NCBI GenBank assembly: GCA_002269645.1
Contig: NIVC01000001.1
Location: forward strand, 1,984,001 to 2,048,000
Reading direction: 5' to 3'
DNA length: 64,000 nt
Source of the DNA: Macrostomum lignano
Taxonomy: Eukaryota
A model generated the notes under the pieces. It did no database searches. It had not been told where the DNA came from and saw only the letters and a program-made list of their open reading frames with translations. How positions within the stretch are numbered: the stretch's first letter is position 1; each line of letters starts with the position of its first letter. A program made the position numbers and the translations under genes. This document shows, one piece after another, positions 12,506 to 23,578 of the stretch.

Positions 12506-12979
12506 ATGGGCTGCGGAGTCAGTCACGCCCGAGTGCACCCAGCAGTATCAGCGGCAGTCGAGGCTGACTCTGCGACAGGTACCGAAGCAGTCCCGGCCGA
12601 TAGCAACCGATCGGAGCTGTACTGCACCGGCTCATCCAGCCGCAGCTGCAGCCGGCTGGCACTGACTGCCGTCATCAACGATTCTCCCCGACCGCGTCAG
12701 GGTTCCGCCTACTTCAGTTCCACTCGCGTGATCGACCAGCTCGGCCAGAGCCTGACGCTGAGCCTTTCGGGCGACAACGAACTGCTGACGGTGGAACTGA
12801 CGCTGGCGGCCTCGCTGGCTGCGGCCAGCATCGCCCGGGGCTCCTTGGCCGAGAAGGTCATTCGGGCATCTCTGCTTCGACGCGATCTGCGAGCGATCGA
12901 TGCCGGAGCGGGGTACAGAAGCGGCACTGTGCAGCGGAGACCGCGATCGCTGCCGAATCTGAAGCACTGCTTCTACTAG
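12506..12979 (+). CDS. Probable terminal coding exon of an unidentified gene
   Basis: GC3-rich codon usage like the confirmed exons (ctg acg ctg agc ... gcc gag aag gtc), ending in KHCFY*. No recognised domain; the 5' boundary is uncertain. Confidence 0.4.
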   Translation: MGCGVSHARVHPAVSAAVEADSATGTEAVPADSNRSELYCTGSSSRSCSRLALTAVINDSPRPRQGSAYFSSTRVIDQLGQSLTLSLSGDNELLTVELTLAASLAAASIARGSLAEKVIRASLLRRDLRAIDAGAGYRSGTVQRRPRSLPNLKHCFY

Positions 12980-13077
12980 AACTACTAGGGCTGCGTGCAG
13001 AACCGAAGTAGAAGCTAGAAGAAGTAGAATTGTGGGAGCGGGAGCGCCCTCATGCACAGGCTAGGGTTTGTATCCGA

Positions 13078-13684
13078 GACGCAGGCACCCGAAATTCTAG
13101 AACACGGGTTAACTTTTTGTTGCGCACCTTCTCAAAAAAGAATCAAGTCGCCAGCCCTTCTGACCGTCGAGATATTCGACGATTCTGCCAGAGGGTCGGA
13201 TTTTTCCCATAAGCGCCAGTGTATTCAGTACAACCCCTGTGCGCCAATCAGCACTGCGCCTCAGTGCAGCCTTGCCAAGCCTCCAAATTTCATCAGCAGG
13301 TCGACCACATGTGTCTGCATCAGCTCTGACTTTAGTTGTTCACTAGCCTTCACCCAGGTGGAGCTTCTGGACCTTCAACAGGTAGCACCAGGTGACTATG
13401 GACACCCTGATGCGAATTTCTCTAGTTTCGTCGATCAAGCTTCGACAGTGGGCAAAACCTCAACTGCTGATGAAACTTGGAGACTTGGCAAGGCTGCACT
13501 GAGGCGCAGTGCTGATTGGCGCACAGGGGTGCACTGAATACACTGGCGCTTATGGGAAAAATCCGACTCTCTGGCAGAATCGTCGAATATCTCGACGGTC
13601 CGAAGGGCTGGCGATTTGATTCTTTTTTGAGACGGTGCGCAACAAAAAGTTAACCCGTGCTCTTGAATTTCGAGTGTCTGTGTT
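13078..13684. mobile_element. Foldback/MITE with ~225-bp inverted arms (13078-13303 and 13460-13684)
   Basis: The arms are reverse complements, e.g. cacgggttaactttttgttgcgcacc vs ggtgcgcaacaaaaagttaacccgtg. Spacer about 155 bp. Confidence 0.9.
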
Positions 13685-14619
13685 GCTCCGTTCCGGCGCA
13701 GCAAAATAATTGTCAGGGGGGGGGGATTTCCCCCCTCTTGGTAGTTATACTGTTAATCTTGGCATCCCGAATCTGGACCTACCGATGCCAAATTGTCATC
13801 CTATTTTTTCCCAGCTGGGATGCCATTAATTCAAGTTCCGTGTTTTCTGTAAATTCATATTTTATTTTAAGCACCAATCATTTTATAATTATTGGGATTC
13901 TTGGGATTTTATGACTCTATCAGTTGTCAAAAGTTCATTACTTTGTAAACATGGAGTCTGTAGACTGCTGTAATAGCCTGTTCCTGCCAGCAACTTAACT
14001 GCAACCACAGATACTAAAGTAACTTGATGATGGGCCACTCAGGCTTAAAACAGCTTTCTACTTTTAGTTCAGTTTCAAAGAAGAAAACATTAGAAGTTGT
14101 CCCTGAATGCTTTTTTAACTTGCTACTGAACCGAAAGTAGAAATCACACGCAAATGTGCTGACAAGGGCAAATCTAATTATTTTAGTATTTGTGTATGAC
14201 GAACCTTTTGGTTCTGGGGGATTTAATCTCAGTTGATGCCACCAAACTGTCGTAGTGGAAAGTCTGGAGACTATCTATGACTTACGGCTGTTGCCAATTT
14301 TTTCTAGGGGACTTGGGAATTTCTTGGAATTGGGGAAAATATCCTATTTCTATTACTATGAGGACTAAGAGAACCGCTCTAGCCAGGAGAGGAGGGAGAG
14401 GCAGCAAACCCTCAAATAAGAAACACTGACTCAGATGCTATTTTTAGAACGAATGTTGAGCACGAAGCTTTAGTTAATAGGCACACGAGAGCAAGTCTCA
14501 AAAGCGAGTGCGATAATGCAAGCCCGAGAAGATGTCTGTTCGGTATATTTTTCGCTTGTTTTTTATAGTAACAGTAGGCAATATGGCTGACTATTTTTAA
14601 ACAAAGATTTAGTATAGCT

Positions 14620-15027
14620 TTTGTCATGCTATCTCAGCCTAGGGACATCCAAACTCAGCCAGCCCCATTCCGCAATGCGTTTTTTGGCTCGAGCTAGTCG
14701 AGTTTTACCATAGACATGCTTCTTAAGGCCATGCTATCTCAGCCTGGGACATGCAATCTCAGCCAATATAGATTTCAATTGCAAACAGATCTCAATGCTA
14801 TCATTTCTGTAACGTGACATGAAATGGCAACAAACAGCAATGAATGAACGCAGCAAGAAAAGTCAGTAAGAATCTGAAAAGTGGCTGAGATTGCATGTCC
14901 CAGGCTGAGATAGCATGGCCTTAAGAAGCATGTCTATGGTAAAACTTGACTGGCTTACGTAAAAAATCGCACTGTTGAGATGGGCTGGCTGAGTTTGGAT
15001 GTCTCCAGGCTGAGATAGCATGACAAA
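14620..15027. mobile_element. Foldback/MITE with ~145-bp inverted arms, each containing two catgctatctcagcct subrepeats
   Basis: Left tttgtcatgctatctcagcct...gcaatctcagcca matches the reverse complement of tggctgagattgc...aggctgagatagcatgacaaa. Confidence 0.9.
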
Positions 15028-15373
15028 TACTATATAAGTAGAGTTTTTAACAAGTAATAATGTTAGCATTATTTATTTTCGACATATTTAAAAATAATTT
15101 TCGCAATGGCAAAATTTTATTAGAAAAATAAGTTTGCATGCCATATTCGGATAAAATTCAGAGAAGGTAGCTTAATAGACAGAATAATAAACGCTATAAA
15201 CTACTAATGAAAAACACATGTACTACAGAAAATTGTTACTACATCAACTGGCTTTCCTGCAAAATATAATTGAACGCTAATGATAAATGATAACATGAAA
15301 ATTTTCACGAAAAAAGTTATAAGTAATAGATAATTGATAATAGTAAAAGTTACTAACAGTTACGAATTTCAGT

Positions 15374-15865
15374 TCACTGGAATCGGAATTCTTCCGGCAA
15401 GTGGTCCGGGTCAGGCCAGCCGCAATGTTCGCCGATCCAGCGGACCTCGGTGGCCGTGTTCTCCTGATTGAAGCGCCGAATGCCGCGCCTCAGATCCTGC
15501 AGCGCGTAGCAGGTGGCGCGCCGCCAAGCAGCCACAGCCTGGGCTGGCTGCATCAATTTCAGTTCGTCGATCGTCGGCGTCACCTCCTCTCTCTGGGGGA
15601 ACATGCGCCCATCTAGGCGGAAGCGCCCTACTCGCATTAGGTAGACTTTGAGGGTCGTCACGTACCGTCGGTACTGGGCACGGCGAGACTCGGGCAAATC
15701 CGCCACGACCTCGCTGAAATTCACGCCGATCTCGTGCAGTGGCCGGGTGTGCCGCGGTCCGACCTCGGGCATCAGCGGCGGTATCTTCGCCTTCTCAGTC
15801 TCCAAGTTCATAGGCAGTACAGCAGAGGGGCCGGCCCTGGCCTGATGTGGCGGCGGTGTTACCAA
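15374..15865 (-). CDS. Hypothetical protein (163 aa in the track; frame open back to about 15975; first ATG about 15811), downstream of the Gypsy pol
   Basis: Uninterrupted, GC-rich, non-repetitive ORF on the same strand as the retroelement. No recognised domain. Confidence 0.5.
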   Translation of the reverse strand: MVTPPPHQARAGPSAVLPMNLETEKAKIPPLMPEVGPRHTRPLHEIGVNFSEVVADLPESRRAQYRRYVTTLKVYLMRVGRFRLDGRMFPQREEVTPTIDELKLMQPAQAVAAWRRATCYALQDLRRGIRRFNQENTATEVRWIGEHCGWPDPDHLPEEFRFQ

Positions 15866-16609
15866 CGGTTTGGCCGGTGATGTAGGCCTATCTCGGGGTT
15901 CCCGCGGAGATGACGGGTAGGTTGGCTGGCGGTGAAGATTCTCTTCTGAACTTATTGGGCTTAAACTTCACGAAAAGTTCAGGGAGTAAAAATCAGTCAG
16001 ATAGTAGGAGAACTAAAAGTCGGAACGACAGTTGGTCTTGAAAAAAGCTTGAAAACCTCTTGGTCTTATGATCCCCTTATTCTTATTGTTTGGGATTTCC
16101 TAATTTTCGTAAGCCACCTCAATTTCTGTCTGCTTAGTGCTCTCATTTCTTTCTAGATCGATAATTTCGGGGTTTCTTTGTACATTCACATTGTCCATAC
16201 TTAGTTCCGTCTTCGTCTAAATTTTGGGGTCGATTGTGCAATCGGGGACGGCGAGACTCGAGTGGAAAGGCAAAAATTTGAGGTGCGCAATGGATTCAGG
16301 GCTGTTAGTAGGCGCTTGAGGTGGCATCCACATCTTTGTTTAGTTTGGGGTTGGCGCCTTAAATTATGTGTGCGTCTTCGGGATCTCGCAGGGCTGGAGA
16401 GGGGGGTTGGGGCTGAGGGATCTCTTCGTTCGGGGCCTCGTTCTCTGACTCATCGATTATTTCATTCCCTTCGTCTGTCTCGGCTTCACTCCATTCTTCT
16501 TCTATCTCTTCATTTTTCTCCTCTCTCAGTTTGCACCGCCAATTGATTTCATCCTCATCAGACGATCCTTCGGATTCGAAAATTTCAGCTGGCTCTCGCA
16601 AAATTGGCT

Positions 16610-17692
16610 TCAGAGTTTTCCGGCGGGGTGGCTTTCCTTAATTGAAAGTTTTCTCTTGGGTTTAGTTGAAGCGGGAGCAGGAGCGGAAGTGGGAGCGGGA
16701 GCGGGAGTGGAAGTGGGAGCGGGAGCAGAAGTGGAAGCGGGAGCGGAAGTGGGAGCGGGAGCGGGAGTGGAAGTGGGAGCGGGAGCGGGAGCGGAAGTGG
16801 AAGCGGGAGCGGAAGTGGGAGCGGGAGCGGAAGTGGGAGCGGGAGCAGAAGTGGAAGCGGGAGCGGAAGTGGGAGCGGAAGCGGGAGCGGAAGTGGGAGC
16901 GGGAGCGGAAGTGGAAGCGGGAGTGGAAGTGGGAGCGGGAGCGGAAGTGGGAGCGGGAGCGGAAGTGGGAGCGGAAGTGGGAGCGGGAGCGGAAGTGGGA
17001 GCGGAAGCGGGAGCGGAAGCGGAAGCGGAAGCGGGAGCGGAAGCGGGAGCGGAAGCGGGAGCGGAAGCGGGAGCGGAAGCGGGAGCGGAAGCGGGAGCGG
17101 AAGCGGGAGCGGAAGCGGGAGCGGAAGCGGGAGCGGAAGCGGGAGCGGAAGCGGGAGCGGAAGCGGGAGCGGAAGCGGGAGCGGAAGCGGGAGCGGAAGC
17201 GGGAGCGGAAGCGGGAGCGGGAGCGGAAGCGGGAGCGGAAGCGGGAGCGGAAGCGGGAGCGGGAGCGGAAGCGGGAGCGGAAGCGGAAGCGGGAGCGGAA
17301 GCGGGAGCGGAAGCGGGAGCGGAAGCGGGAGCGGAAGCGGGAGCGGAAGCGGGAGCGGAAGCGGGAGCGGAAGCGGGAGCGGAAGCGGGAGCGGAAGCGG
17401 GAGCGGAAGCGGGAGCGGAAGCGGGAGCGGAAGCGGGAGCGGAAGCGGGAGCGGAAGCGGGAGCGGAAGCGGGAGCGGAAGCGGGAGCGGAAGCGGGAGC
17501 GGAAGCGGGAGCGGAAGTGGAAGCGGGAGCGGAAGTGGGAGCGGAAGCGGGAGCGGAAGTGGGAGCGGAAGCGGGAGCGGAAGTGGGAGCGGAAGTGGGA
17601 GCGGAAGTGGAAGCGCCCTCTTGGCTTTCCTTAGGAGTTTGTTCTATGGTTGAATAGGGCACGGGAGTTAAATTGCCACGGCGCACTAGCAT
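16610..17692 (-). CDS. Ala/Ser/Pro/Thr (ASAP/TSAP) repeat ORF, 360 aa, downstream of the integrase remnant
   Basis: Unique N- and C-terminal flanks surround a frame-preserving 6/12-bp array. Upstream in-frame sequence is separated by a single stop (KSIEP*TDTAQPSGEEM). Confidence 0.4.
   Translation of the reverse strand: MLVRRGNLTPVPYSTIEQTPKESQEGASTSAPTSAPTSAPASAPTSAPASAPTSAPASTSAPASAPASAPASAPASAPASAPASAPASAPASAPASAPASAPASAPASAPASAPASAPASAPASAPASAPASAPASASAPASAPAPASAPASAPASAPAPASAPASAPASAPASAPASAPASAPASAPASAPASAPASAPASAPASAPASAPASAPASAPASASASAPASAPTSAPAPTSAPTSAPAPTSAPAPTSTPASTSAPAPTSAPASAPTSAPASTSAPAPTSAPAPTSAPASTSAPAPAPTSTPAPAPTSAPASTSAPAPTSTPAPAPTSAPAPASTKPKRKLSIKESHPAGKL
16672..17612. repeat. 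GGGAGC/GGAAGC/GGAAGT hexamer mosaic array (12-bp dominant period)
   Basis: Directly visible. Confidence 0.95.
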
Positions 17693-17879
17693 TTCTTCCC
17701 CACTTGGCTGGGCTGTGTCTGTCTATGGCTCAATGCTTTTTTGATTTCTTTGGCCGGGCCCTATCATTTTTTTGGCCCGGTCCAAGTTTGGAAGAAATAT
17801 ATTCTTTCCGTTTCTTTCTGTCCATGGCCCGAATTCCTCGGCTGAGAGCTCGTTTCTTATACTTCCTTTCCAATTAGTT

Positions 17880-20700
17880 TTCCATCTTCTACCTTCTGGA
17901 CTTTGAAGACTACTTCGGATATTTGGGCCAACACTCTAAAGGTGGAACTCTTCTTTCGATGAAACTTGTGGCATTCTTTGCTATCTAATTGACGGTTATT
18001 AATTAAGGCAAGGCAGCCTATGGGTACTTCCTGTGGGAGCTTATTAACTTCGGCGGCGATCGGTCTTTTCTCAACTACTTTCTGCTACTATTCATTCTAG
18101 TAGTATCTTGATGACGGTATCAGATTTTTGGTTTCTTATTGGGAAAGCGAAGGGGATCGAGCTGTGCTATCAACAACTGTTAACACATATTTGTGACCTC
18201 GCTTGCTTTCTTTGGATATCGGTCCGATAATATCGATGTGTAAGCGGCTAAAGGCTTCGCCAATCGGGAATGACAAAGTGTTCTTTCTTGCTTTCAAGGC
18301 GAGTTGCTGCTCGACTGAAGTGCTCAGTCCGGGTCGCCAGAATCTGTCTCTAATTCGTTGAATGGTTTTGTCCCTTTCTAAATGTCCTGCCAGTGGGCTA
18401 CAGTGGAGGTCAGTGAACACCGTCTTGTCTAGAGATGGGGGCAAAATGACTCAAATGATGGGGTCAGCAGCTTCTAGAATCTGCTCTTTCTTCAGGGGCT
18501 GGGGAGATAGTCGGTTAGCAATTTCTCGCACTGTCAAGTCTCCTCACCCTCTTCTCTTCCTGAGACAATCAGCTTTGTCCTAGAATTGGGACATTCAGGC
18601 TGCGTCTCAGTTCCTATTGTGGCTTCAGGTGACTGGGACATGAGTTTGTCCTTAGTTTCAATCTGAGCACTCTCTGCACTTCTCAGAGGAGGGGATAAAT
18701 TTCTCAACTTTGGCTGGACTTTTAGCAGGGTTTGGCTCAGGGTTCTCACGGGGGTGATTCAGGGGTTTCAGGGGTTTCAGGGGTTGGATTCACTTCAGCG
18801 GGTTCAGCTTGTCGTCTGGATAGTCCATCGGCATTGGGATGCTGAGCGCCGCTTCTGTGTTCTATGTCGAACCTGAAAATACCATTAGCTTCAGTCTGCT
18901 TCAATGAGCCAAATAGTGATCAGTTCGGGCTAAGAAGTTCTTGCCGATCAGATAGAATCTGAAAGGCCTCATAGCGTCGACAAGGGCTAATAATTATTTC
19001 CGAGTGATGGGGTAACGCTTCTCAGACTCTCATTTTTCTTGAAGCATTTTTCTTATCAGACTCTCATTGTCAAGGGCCATTACTTAATACTTAAATTTTC
19101 CTCTAGTTAAGGTTGAGAAGGCGGTCCTGTGCTTGTCTCCTTCTTTAATGGGGACTTGCCAGTATCCTAAGTTAAGATCTAGTCTGCTAAAGTACTGGCT
19201 ACCTGTTAGGTGGGAGAATGTCTCTTGGATATTGGGGAGGGGGTAGGGATAATAATCGACTCTTGAATTGAGCACGCGGATGTCACTAACAATTCTAATA
19301 GAACCATCTTTCTTGGGCACAATTACTAGAGGGGTTGAGTAGGTTGAATAGCAGGGTCAAATTAGATTTTTGGCTAGCATGTCGTCTAGCTGGGCGTCAA
19401 CTTGCTTTTGCAAGTGTGGGGGATGTGTCCAGCTGGGATTCTAACGGGAGCGGGGTCTTTGATAGATATTTCGTGGGTTACTACGTGTGTCAGGCCCATG
19501 TCAAGTTCATTCTGGGAGAAGGCTTTGCGATTTTCTTTCATTAGGTCAATGGCTTATTCGGTACATTGGGTTTGGTTAACTTTCGCGGAGGGTTCAGCGC
19601 TGGTTGATAGGGTTTGCCAATAGGTTAGATCTTTGGCCTTTATGGGTTTTAGGGAGGTTTTAGTTAGGCTCACATCTACTGGGTGGCGGTTAACAATCTC
19701 TGTCTCCAAATTTCACTTGAGTGGACACCTCTCCTTCTAATTGGACTGCGGTACCGTCAAAAGTACTGATACTTCGGTTGATGTCTCGGATTTTATCAGC
19801 ACGGAACGTCTTAGACCAGGTTGAGCGGCTCAGAAAATTATTCTAGCTCCTGTATCTAGCAAGAAATCAATTGAATCTTTCTGGATATCGCCGAAAATTA
19901 CTGCTTCATAGCCTTCTAGCTTAGTCAGGTCGATACGGGATGGGGAATTTGATTTTTGCTTTTGTCGTTTCCTTTAACGATCTTTAGCACTGGATATAGC
20001 ATTGCTAGATATGGTCGCGTTGGATACATGGGGTGGGGTGCAGACGCATGAGATATATGAGAGGTAGCTAGTAGCATTGGACACATGAATAGCAGTCGCA
20101 TGGGGGGCATTCAACACATGGAGAGCAGTCGGCATCACCAAGCGCAAGGAGTGAAAAAGTATTGGGTGAAGCAAATTTCGCATTATTTACAGGAGCTGGC
20201 TTTACATGTATGGGAGGCTTTGCGGGGATAGCGAAAACCGTACTGGGGTGGTTGCCGGAATTGCGACTGGGGAAAAGCTCGGGGTGGTTGGAGGCCTGGG
20301 AGTAAGCAAAGTTAGGGCCTGAGGGACGCGGCCTCTTCTCTCGATCCTCGCTTCTCAGTTTCCCGAATTCGGTGGGTTTCGGGTATTTCGAAATCGCAGT
20401 GGCTCATAGCCAGGTCTGGGGTTGGGGGGCTGACATTCAGCATACCTTCCAGGTCTCGGGGCATAGGGGTTTCTGAGGGGTTCTCGCCTTAGCGGTTGGT
20501 TCATCAGCGGCTGGGGTGGCTGTCTGTACTGCTGCTGGGGGAAAACTTGGGGTGGCGGAGCGCGCTGCGCTGATTCCGCTAATTGCTTTCTCAAGTCCTG
20601 AATCAAGTTCTGGTTGACCTGTACTATTTGCTAGATAGATACTTATTGAGTTGTCCCCATGCTTTGATATCGTCAATCATCTTGGCAGCACGTTGCGATG
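17880..20700 (-). mobile_element. Degenerate, internally deleted Ty3/Gypsy LTR retrotransposon (gag-like, PR, RT, RH and IN remnants)
   Basis: Protease IDFLLDTGAR (about 19845-19880). RT PKKDGSIRIVSDIRVLN...FSRLDLNLGYWQV...TAFST (19084-19320). RNase H end FDIEHRSGAQHPNADGLSR (about 18815-18875). Integrase HCSPLAGHLERDKTIQRIRDRFW and LHIDIIGP..GHKYVLTVVD (18136-18444). The PR-RT-RH-IN order is that of Gypsy. Stops and frameshifts are present; no LTR pair was found. Confidence 0.9.
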
Positions 20701-21002
20701 AAATGGAAGCAGAGCCTAAGTATTTGTAACACCTTGTTGCATCGTTGATCATCAATAAAGTACCTTGTGTGTCTCAATCGGTCGAAATAATTCTGAGATA
20801 ATGACTAAATAAACAGAAAAACGCGTATATTGAAATAGAGTTTAAAAATTCAATTTAGTTTTTTGTTCATTTCGATGATTGAAAAATGAATCGCTTGAAG
20901 AAATTCAGTTTTAGTTAGGGAAGTAAAAAACACGGCAGCAGCGCGTTACGAAAGCCAATTGCTAAAAATAAAGTAAAAGGGCAATGCGCGGCGTGCAGAC
21001 CA

Positions 21003-22445
21003 CTATGAGACGAGCCTGTCCGACCACTCGACAGTCCGAGAGTAAGCCGGCTGGTCGACTCCAACTGACCGACGTCGATTTGCCGAGTGTTGTCGTCGCT
21101 TTCGCTGCCGGTAATCCGGCTTTGAAGTTCGACCGCGACTAGGATACTGACGGCCGTTTTCGGCGATTTTCGTTGAAACGGCACAGGTAAACCCGGTGCT
21201 GGCGCTGTTCACACTGGCGCTGCAAGTGCTGCTGCTGCTGGTGGTGCTGGTGCTGGTCTCTATGGAGCTCTGGCGGCTGGAGTTTTCAATGTACGAACTG
21301 CCCGGTCCCCACAGCCGCAAGCAGCGCTTTGCAACCAGCACTCTAGTCTTGGGGGGCTTTATTGGGGCTTGGAACTGACTTTTGACGTCGCTGTACTCCG
21401 AAGATGCCGGAGAGGCCGACGTTGCAACGCCTGCTGCCTGGCGTGCGACGTTAAATTCAACCACTTTAGTCGCTGTTCCGGGAGGCGCCGACGAAACGGA
21501 AGAAGAGTCCAAAGACAGGTGCAGCTTCTGTTCGCTGTTGTGACCAGACGACAGGGAGGAAGTGACAACGGAGTCGCGCGTCCGCTTAACTGATCTGGAA
21601 TCAGCCGGTTTTTTAGTAGACGGCGCGGACGCTCCTGTGGCGATTGCGACTGCCGCTGCAGCGGCCGCGTCCTCGGCCCCAGCGGAGTTGACAGCTTCAT
21701 CGTCGACAACAACAGCGAACAGGAGCTCCTTCTGACCAGCCTCCCTTGAGACAGCGTCAGCAGCGACGGGCTTTGCGGGGGAAGAGACGATCAGCTTAGA
21801 GCTGGCGCCGTGACGGTTGATCGGCACCGTGCAGCTGGCGGGTACGGACATCTCCGGCTCGTCAGTTTCGACAAAGTGCTGGCGGTGCCGTAGCTTGCGA
21901 GGCTTCATATGGTAGGACAATCTCGCAGAAGTGAGCTGCTTCTGATGCTGCTGCTGCTTAGCCGTGTCAGAGCAGACTTTGCTAGACTCGCTGATTCGCA
22001 TTCGAGGAGTGTGCCTACATGCACGCTGACTACAATTGACAATTGTGCTATCGCTGCTGTCGCTGCAACTGGCGTCATTCGCGGAGCTGTTCCGCACCGA
22101 ATAGTAGCTCTCACCGGAGTCCTGGCTAGTTGGCACTGACAGAACCGCGACACCGTTAGATGCGTCGGCTCCGCGAGCACTCTCCGGCACCGACTGGGAA
22201 TTGGTGACGCTCTCAACGCCATCGGACGACTGCCTCAAGTACTTCAGTCGACGGCGACGCGAAACGCCAGCAGATGGCTGCTTCTGGTGGCCGGCAACTC
22301 CGGTCCCGGCGAAGCGGCCAGTGCGGTAGAAGCCGCCGCCAACGCCAGACGTTGACGGGCCGGGTTCGGCACCGTTCGGCATCAGCAGACGGACAACGTA
22401 CAATTTCCGAATTTTCGTCATCAACCGATCAGTCCATGGCGGCAT
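21003..22445 (-). CDS. Orphan Ser/Ala-rich, probably disordered protein, about 480 aa (first ATG 22445)
   Basis: A 1.45-kb uninterrupted, non-tandem, GC-rich ORF. No recognised domain. Confidence 0.6.
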   Translation of the reverse strand: MPPWTDRLMTKIRKLYVVRLLMPNGAEPGPSTSGVGGGFYRTGRFAGTGVAGHQKQPSAGVSRRRRLKYLRQSSDGVESVTNSQSVPESARGADASNGVAVLSVPTSQDSGESYYSVRNSSANDASCSDSSDSTIVNCSQRACRHTPRMRISESSKVCSDTAKQQQHQKQLTSARLSYHMKPRKLRHRQHFVETDEPEMSVPASCTVPINRHGASSKLIVSSPAKPVAADAVSREAGQKELLFAVVVDDEAVNSAGAEDAAAAAAVAIATGASAPSTKKPADSRSVKRTRDSVVTSSLSSGHNSEQKLHLSLDSSSVSSAPPGTATKVVEFNVARQAAGVATSASPASSEYSDVKSQFQAPIKPPKTRVLVAKRCLRLWGPGSSYIENSSRQSSIETSTSTTSSSSTCSASVNSASTGFTCAVSTKIAENGRQYPSRGRTSKPDYRQRKRRQHSANRRRSVGVDQPAYSRTVEWSDRLVS

Positions 22446-22677
22446 GCCTGCTCTTCGGGCCGCCCGCAATTGCGTATCCTTATTATCGGGCCCAGTTTGA
22501 GACGCACAAATAGTCTGCTATATTTGCTTGCATCCCACTAAGCTTATCTAGCTTTCCATGGAAGAGGCCAAGATGTCTATGGTAGCGATGGTCTATGCCA
22601 ATCGCATTCTTGCATGTGAGTTAATTGTAGTCTTTGAGTTAGTCTAAACAATAGATCTGCAGAAAATTTGCACACGA

Positions 22678-22905
22678 GTGATCATTGACAGCCAGTGACC
22701 ATTGACAGCCAGTGATCATTGACAGCCAGTGACCATTGACAGCCAGTGATCATTGACAGCCAGTGATCATTGACAGCCAGTGACCATTGACAGCCAGTGA
22801 CCATTGACAGCTAGTGACCATTGACAGCCAGTGATTATTGACAGCCAGTGATCATTGACAGCCAGTGACCATTGACAGCCAGTGATCATTGACAGCCAGT
22901 GACCA
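22678..22905. repeat. 17-bp minisatellite, about 13 copies (gtga[t/c]cattgacagcca)
   Basis: Directly visible. Confidence 0.95.
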
Positions 22906-23578
22906 TTCTCATTCCCAGAGTTCCTTCTTTGATGATGGTGAATTAAAACATAAGCTGGCGAAGCAAGAGAGCCGCGAGTTTAACTTTAACAAGGAGTACT
23001 AGGACTATTGCCTAACCCTAGATGGAATAAATAAGACAAGCAATAACCGATACATCCAGTTACAATCCGATTTGGAATTAACATGCCTGGTGATCGACAA
23101 AAGAAACTATGTTTATTTTGCGTCATCAGTCTCTGTCGCCACTGCAAAGTTGAACGACAAAATAAAAAATGCAGACACACAGAAGTTATTAGCTAGCTAG
23201 TGTAGAAGCAGCGACAGTCCAGAGTAACTCATTCGTGCTGCTCTGTACAGTACAGAGGTTGGGTCTTAACTTGTGATTTCACCAAGAGGAGCAACTCTAA
23301 AAATTAGCTCATTGCAGCGATACACAGCAGCTTACTCGTAAACTCATGAGATTTGAAAAACAGCACTCGTGTATTTCTCAATTTGGTTCTCAAAGCTATC
23401 CTGCTGTTAGCAGTCAGCTCGCGCAACAAGGGGCAATTCACAAAAAATGAACAATTTACAATACCAACCAACATCAATCTCGAAATGTAGTCGGGGGTTA
23501 ACAATTTTACAAGCAAGTTAGTTAATGCATGACAGCATACAAATATAAATTCGTAGGTCAGGAGGTCATAAAAGTATA

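Noticed and set aside
16656-17657. Plus-strand (EAGA)n and (KRER)n ORFs
   Set aside because: Antisense and alternative-frame shadows of the hexamer array.
15100-20900. LTR pair and primer-binding site for the Gypsy element
   Set aside because: No direct repeat pair was found. The tgtaacac at about 20726 is not followed on the element strand by a TGG-type PBS.
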